Positions 1 to 9,168 of a stretch of DNA of 64,000 nt are shown here, piece after piece. The translations under genes were made by a program, and so were the position numbers. A model generated the notes under the pieces. The model was not told the DNA's origin. It worked only from the letters and a program-made list of their open reading frames with translations, and did no database searches. Each line of letters opens with the position of its first letter. Within the stretch, counting starts at the first letter, position 1. The stretch is from Vicinamibacterales bacterium (GTDB lineage: Bacteria > Acidobacteriota > Vicinamibacteria > Vicinamibacterales > UBA2999), in NCBI GenBank assembly GCA_050249615.1, contig JBFWQE010000009.1, positions 107 to 64,106 of the forward strand, in the 5' to 3' direction.

Positions 1-799
1 CGGCGCTCAGGGTGAACCCGCCGACCAGGGCCCCGGTCGCCGGGTTGAATGCCACGACGTGCGCGCCGAAGACGCCGCGCCCGTTCTTCACCACGCGCCC
101 GCGGATGCTGCCCGTCTCGCCCCGACCCGCGTCCACGGCGTACAGGTCCATCACGGCCGCCGCGTCATCGGCCTGCAGCGCGCGATCGGCCACGGCGCCG
201 GGCGTGAGCGCGATGGGGAACATCACCGCGCCCGACCCGATCACACGGCGGCCGCCCGTCGCAGTCCGCTCGGTTTCGCCGATGGCCGAATGGCCAAGGC
301 CCAGGAAGTGCCCGAACTCGTGCAGCACCACCGACTCGAGGTCCACGCGGCCGGGCTCTCCCTGCGGGGCTGCGGACCACTGGAATCGCGTATTGAAGAA
401 GATATCCGCCTCGAGCAGCGCCCCCGTGGCCGAGTCGAGCAGGAGGCTGGTCGAGCCGAGCACGCGGTCGAGATCGGGACGGTCGAGAAAGCCGAGCGTG
501 TTGCGCCCGTCCATCCCGGTGGGCGGCGTGACCGTGAAGCCCTGGTACTGGAACCCGACCGTCGTGGCCGGAACAGACTGCCATGTGGCCGTCGCACGCG
601 CCGCGGCATCGCGGAGTTCGGCCGCCGTCACGCCCGGGATGTCGCGCTCGTTGACGAAGTAGGGCACTGGAGCCACGGACCACTTCACGTCCACGGTGCG
701 ATCGCCGATGCGAAAGCCGAACTTCAAATACGCCAGCGCCGGCGCCGGCTGCGCCAGCGCGGTCAGCGCCACCATCGCCAGCGCCACCGCGCGCGTCAT
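1..799 (-). CDS. Secreted metzincin (matrixin-like) zinc metalloprotease; 3' end runs off the window
   Basis: Absent from the ORF track because the frame is open to nt 1. Reverse frame from ATG 799 gives signal peptide MTRAVALAMVALTALAQPAPALA. It contains HEFGHFLGLGH (His codon at 322-320), matching HExxHxxGxxH. Hand translation shows no stop down to nt 1. Confidence 0.8.
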   Translation of the reverse strand, partial: MTRAVALAMVALTALAQPAPALAYLKFGFRIGDRTVDVKWSVAPVPYFVNERDIPGVTAAELRDAAARATATWQSVPATTVGFQYQGFTVTPPTGMDGRNTLGFLDRPDLDRVLGSTSLLLDSATGALLEADIFFNTRFQWSAAPQGEPGRVDLESVVLHEFGHFLGLGHSAIGETERTATGGRRVIGSGAVMFPIALTPGAVADRALQADDAAAVMDLYAVDAGRGETGSIRGRVVKNGRGVFGAHVVAFNPATGALVGGFTLSA

Positions 800-1332
800 C
801 GGGCCACCTGTGCACGCTGGACCGCTGCCCCGAACGCCGCCATCGACATGGGACGGCGTGCCGAATCGCCGCGCACGAGGCGACCGGGCGCCCCCGCCGT
901 ACCGACCACGGGTGGAATCACCACGAGCTCGCCTGACCGGGGATCGGCGGTCACCCGGAACACGCCCTGTGTGGTGCCCGTGACGACGGGAATGGCGGGG
1001 CCCGTCGCCGTCAGGAAGAGCACCACGCGGTCCCCCGGCGAGAAGCGCGCGGCGCCCGGAATGATGTTGACGATCGTCCCCACCTGCCCGCCAGGCACGC
1101 GCACGGTGATCGTGTCTCCGAGATCGCCCTTCAGATAGTCGAAGGCCTCGACGCGCAGCAGGCTCTCGATGCCCCCGCGATCCGCGGTCCACTGGCCATG
1201 GACCTCGGTGACGCGGCCGTGGACGATGGCCATCGACTCGTCCACGAGCTCGACGAACGACAGGGGCTTGACAGTGATGGCCGAGAGCGGCAGGCCGCTG
1301 GCCAGGATCAGGATGGCAACGAGGGCACGCAT
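796..1332 (-). CDS. Hypothetical secreted protein, translationally coupled to the metalloprotease
   Basis: 178-aa ORF with N-terminal signal peptide (MRALVAILILASGLPLSA). Its TGA overlaps the downstream ATG (ATGA at 796-799). No family recognised. Confidence 0.6.
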   Translation of the reverse strand: MRALVAILILASGLPLSAITVKPLSFVELVDESMAIVHGRVTEVHGQWTADRGGIESLLRVEAFDYLKGDLGDTITVRVPGGQVGTIVNIIPGAARFSPGDRVVLFLTATGPAIPVVTGTTQGVFRVTADPRSGELVVIPPVVGTAGAPGRLVRGDSARRPMSMAAFGAAVQRAQVAR

Positions 1333-1458
1333 CCAGAGAGTGTAGCGGGACGCAGAGCCGGATACAGCCGCAGATTGTCCGGGCAGGCCTCAGATGCGCA
1401 GATGATCGGGGACAAACCGGGCGGTCGCGGCGCGGCCGGCCGCCATCCGCCCCGCGGG

Positions 1459-2658
1459 CTATCCGCGCATTCGCCCGACGAGCTCCACCACGGCGTCCGC
1501 CGCCCGCCCGCTGGCGCCCGGGCCGCCGAGCGCGGCTCGGACCTCGGCCAGCGCGCGCGACATGGCGTCCCGCTTCGCCGCATCGGTGAGCAGGCTGACC
1601 GCCTCGTCCGCCACCGCCTCGGGCGTGCAGTCGTCCTGGATGAGCTCTTGGACGACACGCCGGCCCGCGATGAGGTTCACCATCGCGTACATGTCCACCT
1701 TCGCCAGCGGCTTGCCCAGCCTGTAGGTGAGTGGCGACAGCTTGTACAGCACGACCATGGGCTTGCCGTGCATGGCCGTCTGCACCGTGGCGGTACCCGA
1801 CGCGGTCAGCACCACATCGCTCACGCTCAGCACGTCGTCGGTCTGTCCCTCGACGATACGGGTGACGCCGGGACTGAAGTCCCGGCGCTCCGGACCCGAG
1901 GCCGTGTTGGCCTGGAGCGCCGGGGCTTCAGCGCGGGCGTCCCGGAACGGCGCGAACCCTCGATCCGCCAGGTGCGGGGCGCGGGCGACCAGGAACTGCA
2001 CACCGGGCACGCGTGCGGCAATCCGCGTGCGGGCCTCGGCCAGGACGGGCCCCAGGCGCTCCAGCTCGTTGGCGCGGCTGCCGGGAAGCAGTGCCACGAC
2101 GGGCCGCGCGAGATCGAGCCCGAAGCGCCGGGCCAGCACCGGGCGATCCGCCGACGGCGCCACCATCTCGAGCAGCGGATGGCCCACGAACCGCACGTCC
2201 ACGCCCTCCCGGCGGTAGATCGCCTCCTCGAACGGGAAGATCACGAGCACGCGATCCACGATCGCCTTCATCGTCGCCATGCGGCCTGGCCGCCACGCCC
2301 ACAGCTGCGGGCTGATGTAGTAGACGATGGGCACGCCGAGCGCTTTCACGGCGCGCATGAGCCTGAAGTTGAAATCGGGATAGTCGACGAGCACCAGCAC
2401 GTCCGGGCGCTCGTCACGCGCGGCCGCCACGAGCCGGCGATAGGTGGCCCACGAACGGGGCAGGACCTTCAGCGCCTCGGTGAGCCCCGTCACCGACAGG
2501 CCGCGGAAGTCGGCCACCAGCCTGGCGCCCGCGGCGGCCAGGCGCTCGCCTCCCAGGCCAAAGGCCTGCAGGTGCGGGTCGCGCGCGGCGAGCGCGCGAA
2601 CCAGCGCGCCGGCGTAGAGATCGCCGGACGGCTCGCCGCACGAGATCATCACCTTCAC
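1459..2658 (-). CDS. lpxB: Lipid-A-disaccharide synthase
   Basis: N-terminus (V/M)KVMISCGEPSGDLYAGALVRAL and overall LpxB-like sequence. GTG 2658 overlaps the upstream TGA (GTGA); alternative ATG at 2649. The track ORF 1459..3099 is an upstream over-extension. Confidence 0.9.
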   Translation of the reverse strand: MKVMISCGEPSGDLYAGALVRALAARDPHLQAFGLGGERLAAAGARLVADFRGLSVTGLTEALKVLPRSWATYRRLVAAARDERPDVLVLVDYPDFNFRLMRAVKALGVPIVYYISPQLWAWRPGRMATMKAIVDRVLVIFPFEEAIYRREGVDVRFVGHPLLEMVAPSADRPVLARRFGLDLARPVVALLPGSRANELERLGPVLAEARTRIAARVPGVQFLVARAPHLADRGFAPFRDARAEAPALQANTASGPERRDFSPGVTRIVEGQTDDVLSVSDVVLTASGTATVQTAMHGKPMVVLYKLSPLTYRLGKPLAKVDMYAMVNLIAGRRVVQELIQDDCTPEAVADEAVSLLTDAAKRDAMSRALAEVRAALGGPGASGRAADAVVELVGRMRG

Positions 2659-4112
2659 TGCTTCTTGAGGTCGGCCGAGAGCAGGTCGATGCGATCGATG
2701 GGAATGCGCTCGTACTCGGTGAAGCCGATGCCCTCGAGGCTCTCCACGAACTGGCTGGCGTTGCCCACGAGCACGACCGACAGCCGGTCCGGTCGCACGA
2801 AGGCCCGGGCCACGCGCTGGATGTCCTCGGGCGTGACGCTCAGGATGCGCTCGCGGTACTTCGGCAGCTCGTCCACCGAGAGCTCGTAGAACAGCTGGTT
2901 GAGGACCTGGGTCGCGATCTGGTCGGGCGTCTCGATGGTGAGCGGAAAATGCCCGACGGCATAGTCCTGGGCCGCCTCGAGCTCGCTCTCGCTGACGCGC
3001 TCGCGCTGGAGGCGCGCGAACTCGTCCACCGCCAGCCGCAGCGCCTCGGCCGTCGTCGTTGTCTGCGTGTCGGTATCCGCCACGATGGCACCGCTCCACT
3101 TGTAGCTGTCGAGATCCGCGGACGCGCCGTAGGTGAGCTGGCGCTGGCTGCGGAGCACCTGCTGCAGGCGGTTGGCGCCTTCCCCACCCAGGATCTTCAC
3201 CGCCTGGTTCAGTGCTTCGAAGTCCTCGTGCTTGCGCGGGATGGCCAGGTGGCCCACGCGGATCTCCGTCTGCACGGCGCCGGGCCGATCGATCACGATC
3301 ACGCGCCGCGTCGGCTCGGGCGGCGCGATCGGATTGAAGGCCGGCACCTCGCCGGGCTTCCAGTCGCCGAAGTACTTCTCGATGCCCGCCATGGCGTCGG
3401 CGTGCGACACGTCGCCGACCACGGCCACGAGCGCGTTGTTCGGCACGAAGTGCCGGCGGTGGAACTCCACGAAGTCGTCACGCGTCAGCGACTGCAGCGA
3501 CTCGGCGGTGCCCGACCCCGGCAGGCCGTACGGGTGGAACCCGAAGATCAGGCGGTCGATGACCATGCCCGCCACCGAGTCCGGGTCCTCGGCCGCCACC
3601 TTCAGGCCCGACAGCGCCTGCTGGCGCTGCCGCTCGATTTCTTCGGCCAGGAACGTCGGACGCCGCACGACGTCGGCCATGAGCGCCAGGCCGGTGGCGT
3701 AGTCGTCCTTCATGACCACCGTGTTCACGAAGCTCAGGTCCGTGCCCGCGCCGGTGCCGAGCAGCCCCCCGATGAAATCCACCTCGTCGGCCAGCTGCTG
3801 CGCGGTGCGGTCGCCCGCCCCCTGGTCGAGCAGCGTCGCGGTGAGCATGGCCAGCCCCATCTTCCCCCTGGGATCCTGCGCGGCGCCCGCCCGTACGATC
3901 ATCCGCACGCTGATGGCGGGCTGCTCGTTCTGGCTCACCAGCACCACCGTCAGCCCGTTGGCCAGCTTGCGGACCTCGAACTCCGGGAAGGTCACCGGAC
4001 GGGGCTGGAGCGGCCGCGGCGGGAACTCGCGCGGCCACGACTGCGCCGTCTGCCCGACGGCCACCGACGTGAGCACGCTGAGGGACAGCGCGGCGATGAC
4101 GAACGTCCTCAT
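2655..4112 (-). CDS. M16 (pitrilysin) family peptidase, non-catalytic partner (no HxxEH)
   Basis: Signal peptide MRTFVIAALSLSVLTSVAVG and M16 fold-like sequence, with GLAMLTATLL in place of the zinc motif. ATG 4112 overlaps the upstream TGA (ATGA). It is part of artefactual track ORF 2655..6311. Confidence 0.85.
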   Translation of the reverse strand: MRTFVIAALSLSVLTSVAVGQTAQSWPREFPPRPLQPRPVTFPEFEVRKLANGLTVVLVSQNEQPAISVRMIVRAGAAQDPRGKMGLAMLTATLLDQGAGDRTAQQLADEVDFIGGLLGTGAGTDLSFVNTVVMKDDYATGLALMADVVRRPTFLAEEIERQRQQALSGLKVAAEDPDSVAGMVIDRLIFGFHPYGLPGSGTAESLQSLTRDDFVEFHRRHFVPNNALVAVVGDVSHADAMAGIEKYFGDWKPGEVPAFNPIAPPEPTRRVIVIDRPGAVQTEIRVGHLAIPRKHEDFEALNQAVKILGGEGANRLQQVLRSQRQLTYGASADLDSYKWSGAIVADTDTQTTTTAEALRLAVDEFARLQRERVSESELEAAQDYAVGHFPLTIETPDQIATQVLNQLFYELSVDELPKYRERILSVTPEDIQRVARAFVRPDRLSVVLVGNASQFVESLEGIGFTEYERIPIDRIDLLSADLKKQ

Positions 4113-5476
4113 CGCGGGCCCTCCGCCGCGCCCTGCACGCCCGTCCCCTTCGGCATCACGTGGATGACGACGCGCGTCTCCGGCCGGAAGTACGTCTTCG
4201 CGACGCGCTGGACGTCGGCCTGCGTGATGTTCTGGAAGATGTCGAACTCGCCGTCGGCCGTCGTGATGTCGGCGTGCAGCACCTCGGCGTGCGCCAGGTG
4301 CGTGGCCTTCTGCTGCACCGTCTCGCGGCCCAGGATGTAGTCGCGCGCGAACTGGTTCTTCGACCGCTGCAGCTCGCGGGGCGTCACGCCGTCGGCCTTC
4401 ATCCGGTCCAGCTCCGCGATGAGCGCCTTCTCCACCGCCGCCGGCGTCTGGCCGGGGTTGACGATGGCCACCGCGTAGAAGAGGTTCGGGTGCTCGATGA
4501 GGTTGGCCTGCCCGAAGGCGGTGAGGGCCAGCCCGGACTCGTAGACGAGCTTCCGGTAGATGCGGGAGCTCTGGCCGTCCGACAGCACCTTGGCCGCGAT
4601 GTGGAGCGGATAGGCGTCCGGGTGGCCGTCGTAGGTGATGTGGTGCGCCACGACGACGGCGGGCAGCGGCACCGCGTCCTCGACCACGGCGCGCTTCTCC
4701 TGCTTCTGGGGCGGCTCGCGCGGGATGTCGCGCGGCACCGGTTTCCCGGCCTTCGGGACACGGCCCAGGTACTGGTTCACGAGGTTGATGGCCTGGTCCA
4801 TGTCGAAGTCGCCCGAGATGACCACGGTGACGTTCGAGGGCACGTAGTAGGTCGCGTAGAAGTCGCGCACGTCGGAGATCGTCGCGGCGTTCAGATCCTC
4901 CATGCTGCCGATCACCGGATGGCGGTAGGGGTGCGTGGTGAACGCCTGCTCGTAGATGATCTCGTTCAACCGGCCGTAGGGCTGGTTCTCGATGCGCATG
5001 CGGCGCTCTTCCTTCACCACCTCTCGCTCGCGTACGAAGGTGTCCTCGTCGATGCGCAGCGTCGCCATGCGGTCGGCTTCCATCCACAGGACGAGCGGCA
5101 GGAACTGCGACGGCACCGTCTGCCAGAACACGGTCGTGTCCTCGTTCGTGTAGGCGTTGGCCTGCCCGCCGACCGAGGCGACGATGGAGGTGTGCTGCTC
5201 GGGCTCGACGTTGCGCGAGCCCTTGAACATGAGGTGCTCGAAGAGGTGCGCGAACCCGGTGCGGCCCGGGCGCTCGTCCTTCGAGCCCACGTGGTACCAG
5301 AGCTGGACGTTGACGATCGGCGTGGAACGGTCCTGGTGCAGGACCGCCGTCAGGCCGTTGGGCAGCTGCAGCCGCTGGTAGACGAACTTTGGCGGCCGCG
5401 AGGCCGCGGTCGCCGGCGCGCCCCACACGAGCGCCGCCACCACCAGCGCGACACCATGTCTCATCAATCGCCACAT
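4109..5476 (-). CDS. M16 family zinc peptidase, catalytic subunit
   Basis: 455 aa with a signal peptide and the inverted zinc motif HLFEH (HxxEH) in GFAHLFEHLMFKG. Confidence 0.9.
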   Translation of the reverse strand: MWRLMRHGVALVVAALVWGAPATAASRPPKFVYQRLQLPNGLTAVLHQDRSTPIVNVQLWYHVGSKDERPGRTGFAHLFEHLMFKGSRNVEPEQHTSIVASVGGQANAYTNEDTTVFWQTVPSQFLPLVLWMEADRMATLRIDEDTFVREREVVKEERRMRIENQPYGRLNEIIYEQAFTTHPYRHPVIGSMEDLNAATISDVRDFYATYYVPSNVTVVISGDFDMDQAINLVNQYLGRVPKAGKPVPRDIPREPPQKQEKRAVVEDAVPLPAVVVAHHITYDGHPDAYPLHIAAKVLSDGQSSRIYRKLVYESGLALTAFGQANLIEHPNLFYAVAIVNPGQTPAAVEKALIAELDRMKADGVTPRELQRSKNQFARDYILGRETVQQKATHLAHAEVLHADITTADGEFDIFQNITQADVQRVAKTYFRPETRVVIHVMPKGTGVQGAAEGPR

Positions 5477-5488
5477 GCCTGTGAACCC

Positions 5489-6508
5489 CTACTTCCGCTC
5501 CAGCTCCTCGATCCGCTGCTCGAGATCCTTCAGACGCTTGCGCATCTCCGGGAGCTTGCGGAACACGGCGGAGGCCCGCCGCCACTCCATGTTCGGAATC
5601 GCCGGGTACCCCGACACGAACGCCCCCGCCTCCACCGAATTGGTGATGCCCGTCTTCGCCACGGCCTTGACGTGGTCGCCGATGGCCACGTGACCCGTGA
5701 CACCGACCTGGCCGCCGAACATCACCGCGTCGCCCACGGTCGTGCTGCCGGCAATGCCCACCTGGGCGGCCAGCAGGGTGTTCCGCCCGACGAGGACACC
5801 GTGGGCGATCTGCACCAGGTTGTCGATCTTCGTCCCCGCCCGCACACGGGTCTCGCCCACTGCAGGCCGGTCGATCGTCGTGTTGGCCCCGATCTCCACG
5901 TCGTCCTCGATGATGACCGGCGCCAGCTGGGGAATCTTCACGTGCGTGCCGTCTGACGTCGTGGCGAATCCGAAGCCGTCGCTCCCGATGACCGCGCCGT
6001 CCTGCACGACCACGCGAGCGCCGAGCGTGCAGCGCTCGCGGACGGAGACGTGGGCGTGCAGCACGCAGTCGGGCCCGACCACCGCGCCGGCCCCGATGAC
6101 CACGTGGGAGTGCAGGATGGTCCGCGCGCCGACCCGCGCGCCGGGAGCCACCACCGCGAACGGTCCCACCGAGGCCGACGGGGCCACCTCGGCCGATTCG
6201 GCCACCGAGGCGAGAGGATGGATGCCCACCTCGGGCCGGTCCGGCGGGGCCAGCATCGCCACCGCGCGGGCCAGCGTCACGTAGGGCTCGGCGCTCCGAA
6301 TCACCGCGCATGGGAAGCCGGTCACGCCGGGCGCGGCAATCACGGCCGAGGCCCGCGTCGCGGCCAGCGCGTGCGCGTACTTCATGTTGACGAGAAAGGT
6401 GAGGTCCCCGGGACCCGCCTCCTCGATCCGGGCCACCCGCACGATGTCCAGGCTGCCGTCGCCTTCGAGCGGGCAGCCGAGCGCGGCGGCCAGATCGCCT
6501 AGCGTCAC
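5489..6508 (-). CDS. lpxD: UDP-3-O-acylglucosamine N-acyltransferase
   Basis: 339 aa. LpxD-like N-terminal domain, then left-handed beta-helix hexapeptide repeats and a C-terminal helix. Confidence 0.9.
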   Translation of the reverse strand: MTLGDLAAALGCPLEGDGSLDIVRVARIEEAGPGDLTFLVNMKYAHALAATRASAVIAAPGVTGFPCAVIRSAEPYVTLARAVAMLAPPDRPEVGIHPLASVAESAEVAPSASVGPFAVVAPGARVGARTILHSHVVIGAGAVVGPDCVLHAHVSVRERCTLGARVVVQDGAVIGSDGFGFATTSDGTHVKIPQLAPVIIEDDVEIGANTTIDRPAVGETRVRAGTKIDNLVQIAHGVLVGRNTLLAAQVGIAGSTTVGDAVMFGGQVGVTGHVAIGDHVKAVAKTGITNSVEAGAFVSGYPAIPNMEWRRASAVFRKLPEMRKRLKDLEQRIEELERK

Positions 6509-6521
6509 GGGGTCGAGAATA

Positions 6522-7205
6522 TCATGCGGGTGGAGCAGCCATCCGCTCGACGAACCGCGCCAGACGCGGCAGTTGCAGGTGCTCGCCCACCTCGTGGACG
6601 ATCCGATAGCGCTCGGCCCCGGACGCCGCCATCGCGTCCTTCAGGGTCGTGAGCCACGCGCTGGGCGACACGGTCCAGCGCACGCAGGACAACCCGCGCC
6701 GCGCGCCCCGGAACGCCAGGAAGTGCCCGACCACGGTGAACGTGAAGAAGTAGCCGAAGAGGTTCGGCCCCGGCACGACCATGAAGGGCGCCGATGCGAC
6801 GAGGCCCAGCAGATGCAGAATCGTCAGCCGCATGTGCCGATCGTGGTCCTTCTGCAGGAGCTCACGGAACGCCTGGAACCCGGCCTCCCGTTCCATCGTG
6901 TCCGGCACGTGCAGCGTCGCCTCGTCCACGCGGCGCAGCCGCCACAGCAGACGCTGCTCGGCCACCCGCTCGGCCACCCAGCCCATCAGCTTGTGCTGCA
7001 CGCGACCCAGAAACGTAGACGGCCGCTCCTGGGTGCGCTCGTGCCGCTGGCGCTCGGCGTCGCGGATCATCTCGGAGAAGCGCACGCTCATCCGGGCGAA
7101 GAGGCCGGGAGGCTGGGTGCCCGCAGGCGCGGCCTCCTCCTCGTCTTCGTGCTCGAAGTAGGGCTCGAGCCTGCCGGCGCCCAGGGGGATGAGATAGACG
7201 TTCAC
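6522..7205 (-). CDS. Hypothetical membrane protein
   Basis: Coding-like GC3 frame with hydrophobic helices (LTILHLLGLVASAPFMVVPGPNLFGYFFTFTVVGHFLAF). Start set at GTG 7205, 5 nt after the upstream stop; ATG alternatives lie downstream. No family recognised. Confidence 0.55.
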   Translation of the reverse strand: MNVYLIPLGAGRLEPYFEHEDEEEAAPAGTQPPGLFARMSVRFSEMIRDAERQRHERTQERPSTFLGRVQHKLMGWVAERVAEQRLLWRLRRVDEATLHVPDTMEREAGFQAFRELLQKDHDRHMRLTILHLLGLVASAPFMVVPGPNLFGYFFTFTVVGHFLAFRGARRGLSCVRWTVSPSAWLTTLKDAMAASGAERYRIVHEVGEHLQLPRLARFVERMAAPPA

Positions 7206-7209
7206 ACTC

Positions 7210-8097
7210 TTATGGACGGCGAATGCGCCGCGGGGTTCGGACCAGCCGCGTGGGGACCGACGGGCGCCCGGCCTGCTCCCAGGCACCGGTGATGACAGCC
7301 GCGGCGGCCGTGATCGAGTCGTTCAGACGGCGCTCCAGACCGGGAAGCGCCGCGGCCTTGAACGCGTCGAAATACCGGTCGTCGTAGAAATCGCGGCCCT
7401 CGGCCGCCTTGCGGTCCGCGTCGAGCACGGCCCCGGATACGCGGTTGGACGCCAGCAGCACCTCGAACATGAAGTCGCGGGGGTTCGACACCGGGTGTGC
7501 CGGTGCCGGCGCAATCCTGAGCGCCGAACGGTTTCGCTCGAACAGCTCGCTCTCCCAGCGGCCGTGCAGCCCATGCTGGTTCGTCAGCTGGCCGTCGTAG
7601 TTCACCACGGAGTGGAGCGGCACGTGGCCGTCGGAGACGTAGTGGAACAGGATGGCCGTGTAGAAGGCGATGTTGTCCAGCGTGTAGGGTGGAGGATTCG
7701 GCCGCCCGAGCGACTCGAACGCGCGCTGCAGCTCGCCGTAGAACTCCTGCACCCGCCACGGCAGCAGGCCTTGCCGGTGCACGAACTCGCGCCCGAACTT
7801 CTGCACGGCAGCGTCGTAGTCGCGGGGCAGCGCGTCGAACGGGTAGGGCCCGAAGGCCTCATGGTCCATGTCCAGGAAGTGGTTCGGCGGCTCGGACTCG
7901 AACCCGGCGGTGCGCCACATGTCCGGATCGACCGAGCGCTCCACGATGAACGCCCGCCGCTCGTCGAAAAGCGGCCGGAGCGCCGCCGGCAGGAGCTCGA
8001 TGGCGCGGTCGGCAATCAGCTTGTGCGCCTCGAACCCCCAGGCGAAGGAAGGCGCCGGAAAAGCCAGGCAGACCATCAGGGCCAGAAAGGGGCGCAT
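7210..8097 (-). CDS. Secreted S1/P1-nuclease / zinc phospholipase C-like protein
   Basis: Signal peptide MRPFLALMVCLAFPAPSFA is followed directly by WGFEAH, the mature N-terminal W-G-x-x-x-H motif typical of this superfamily. His/Asp-rich motifs follow (HFLDMD, HYVSDGHVPLH). A TACAAT hexamer lies 6 nt upstream of ATG 8097. Confidence 0.6.
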   Translation of the reverse strand: MRPFLALMVCLAFPAPSFAWGFEAHKLIADRAIELLPAALRPLFDERRAFIVERSVDPDMWRTAGFESEPPNHFLDMDHEAFGPYPFDALPRDYDAAVQKFGREFVHRQGLLPWRVQEFYGELQRAFESLGRPNPPPYTLDNIAFYTAILFHYVSDGHVPLHSVVNYDGQLTNQHGLHGRWESELFERNRSALRIAPAPAHPVSNPRDFMFEVLLASNRVSGAVLDADRKAAEGRDFYDDRYFDAFKAAALPGLERRLNDSITAAAAVITGAWEQAGRPSVPTRLVRTPRRIRRP

Positions 8098-8172
8098 CAG
8101 GAAATTGTACAGAAAAGGCAAAAAGGCCGGAGGCCAAAGGCAAATGGCATGGCTTCTGCCGTCTGCCTTGCG

Positions 8173-9168
8173 TCAGTCCTCGATCCGCACACTCAAGCCC
8201 GCCCACCCGACGCGGCCCGACGCGTCCGAGTAGCGATAGTCGTTCAGCCACAGCTGCGGTGGCGCCTCGGTGCGGTCCACCACCACGAACGGGAAGCGCG
8301 ACCATGTCAGGTACGCCCGGGCTCGTGGCGTCGCCAGGGCCGCGCGGGCTTCAGGCTGCCCGAAGCCCTTGTCCACGCCGTACCCGGCGGGCCGGAAGTG
8401 GGGACCCGGCTCGAACCAGACAAACCCCTTCTCGTACCGGTCACCGGTGTCCACCAGGACCTCGCGCCCGAACGGGTTGGCGAACACGGGCGTGACCATG
8501 AAGCGGGTGTCCGCCGGGCGCCCGGCTCGCGTCAGGCCGTCGCGGACCGCGGTGCGAGCCCAGAGGTTCGAGCCCAGCATCCCGAGCGCGTAGGCCGTGG
8601 CCACCGCCAGCGCGACACGCGCCGGGCGTCCGGGCTCGGCCGCGCCGCGCCTGGCCGCCATCGCAGCGAGCAGGACCCCCGCGCCGAGCACGCCCCACAT
8701 CCACGGGTCCACGATGAACAGCGCATCGCCGTAGAACCAGCGCCCCGAGAAGGGCATCAGCAGGCGCAGCCCGTAGCTGTTCAAGTAGTCGAGGAAGATG
8801 TGCGAGTAGAGGCCGATGTACGAGAGCAGCAGCAGCGCACCGAAACGGGTGCGGGCAGGTGCGGACGGGTGCGGGCGGGTGCGATCGGGTGCGGACGGGT
8901 GCGGGCGGGTGCGGGCAGGTGCGTTCCGGTTCCTGCCAATGGCCCAGACGATGCCGGCGAGCACGATCGGCAGGACCACCTGCGCCAGGATCCCGTGCGT
9001 CCAGCCGCGGCGGAACGAAACGGGCAGGGTGTCCGTGAGAAACACCGCGACGTCGACGTCCGGAAGGTTCGCCGCCACCATGAGGGTGGCCATGCCGTAG
9101 CGGGTGCGCGACGCCAACCCCGCCTTGCCGAGCGCCGCGCCTGTCAGGGTGTGGCAGAGGTTGTCCAT
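8173..9168 (-). CDS. Membrane-bound metal-dependent hydrolase, YdjM/DUF457-like
   Basis: N-terminus MDNLCHTLTGAALGKAG, then WTHG, IFLDYLNSYG and several TM segments. Contains an internal tandem repeat RTRPHPSAPD. Confidence 0.75.
   Translation of the reverse strand: MDNLCHTLTGAALGKAGLASRTRYGMATLMVAANLPDVDVAVFLTDTLPVSFRRGWTHGILAQVVLPIVLAGIVWAIGRNRNAPARTRPHPSAPDRTRPHPSAPARTRFGALLLLSYIGLYSHIFLDYLNSYGLRLLMPFSGRWFYGDALFIVDPWMWGVLGAGVLLAAMAARRGAAEPGRPARVALAVATAYALGMLGSNLWARTAVRDGLTRAGRPADTRFMVTPVFANPFGREVLVDTGDRYEKGFVWFEPGPHFRPAGYGVDKGFGQPEARAALATPRARAYLTWSRFPFVVVDRTEAPPQLWLNDYRYSDASGRVGWAGLSVRIED
8845..8924. repeat. Eight tandem G-rich decamers (NNGGGTGCGG) inside the YdjM-like gene
   Basis: acgggtgcgg gcaggtgcgg acgggtgcgg gcgggtgcga tcgggtgcgg acgggtgcgg gcgggtgcgg gcaggtgcgt. 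Three units make 30 nt, encoding RTRPHPSAPD on the minus strand. Confidence 0.9.

Noticed and set aside
2655-6311. 1218-aa track ORF, and similar giants: 15247..19413 (1388 aa), 22551..26894 (1447 aa, plus strand), 12278..14902, 35972..38482, 39525..41525, 41636..43705 and 60759..62081
   Set aside because: These are Arg/Gly/Pro/Ala-rich, stop-poor frames typical of high-GC DNA. They are antisense or out of frame to genes with clear homology-like sequence, or are run-on extensions upstream of the true starts. Only the sub-ranges listed as features are supported.
8122-8172. Terminator hairpin between the YdjM-like and nuclease-like genes (GGCC-tcc-GGCC plus a T-tract on the minus strand)
   Set aside because: The stem is only 4 bp, and the longer alternative pairing has mismatches. 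This is not strong enough to call.
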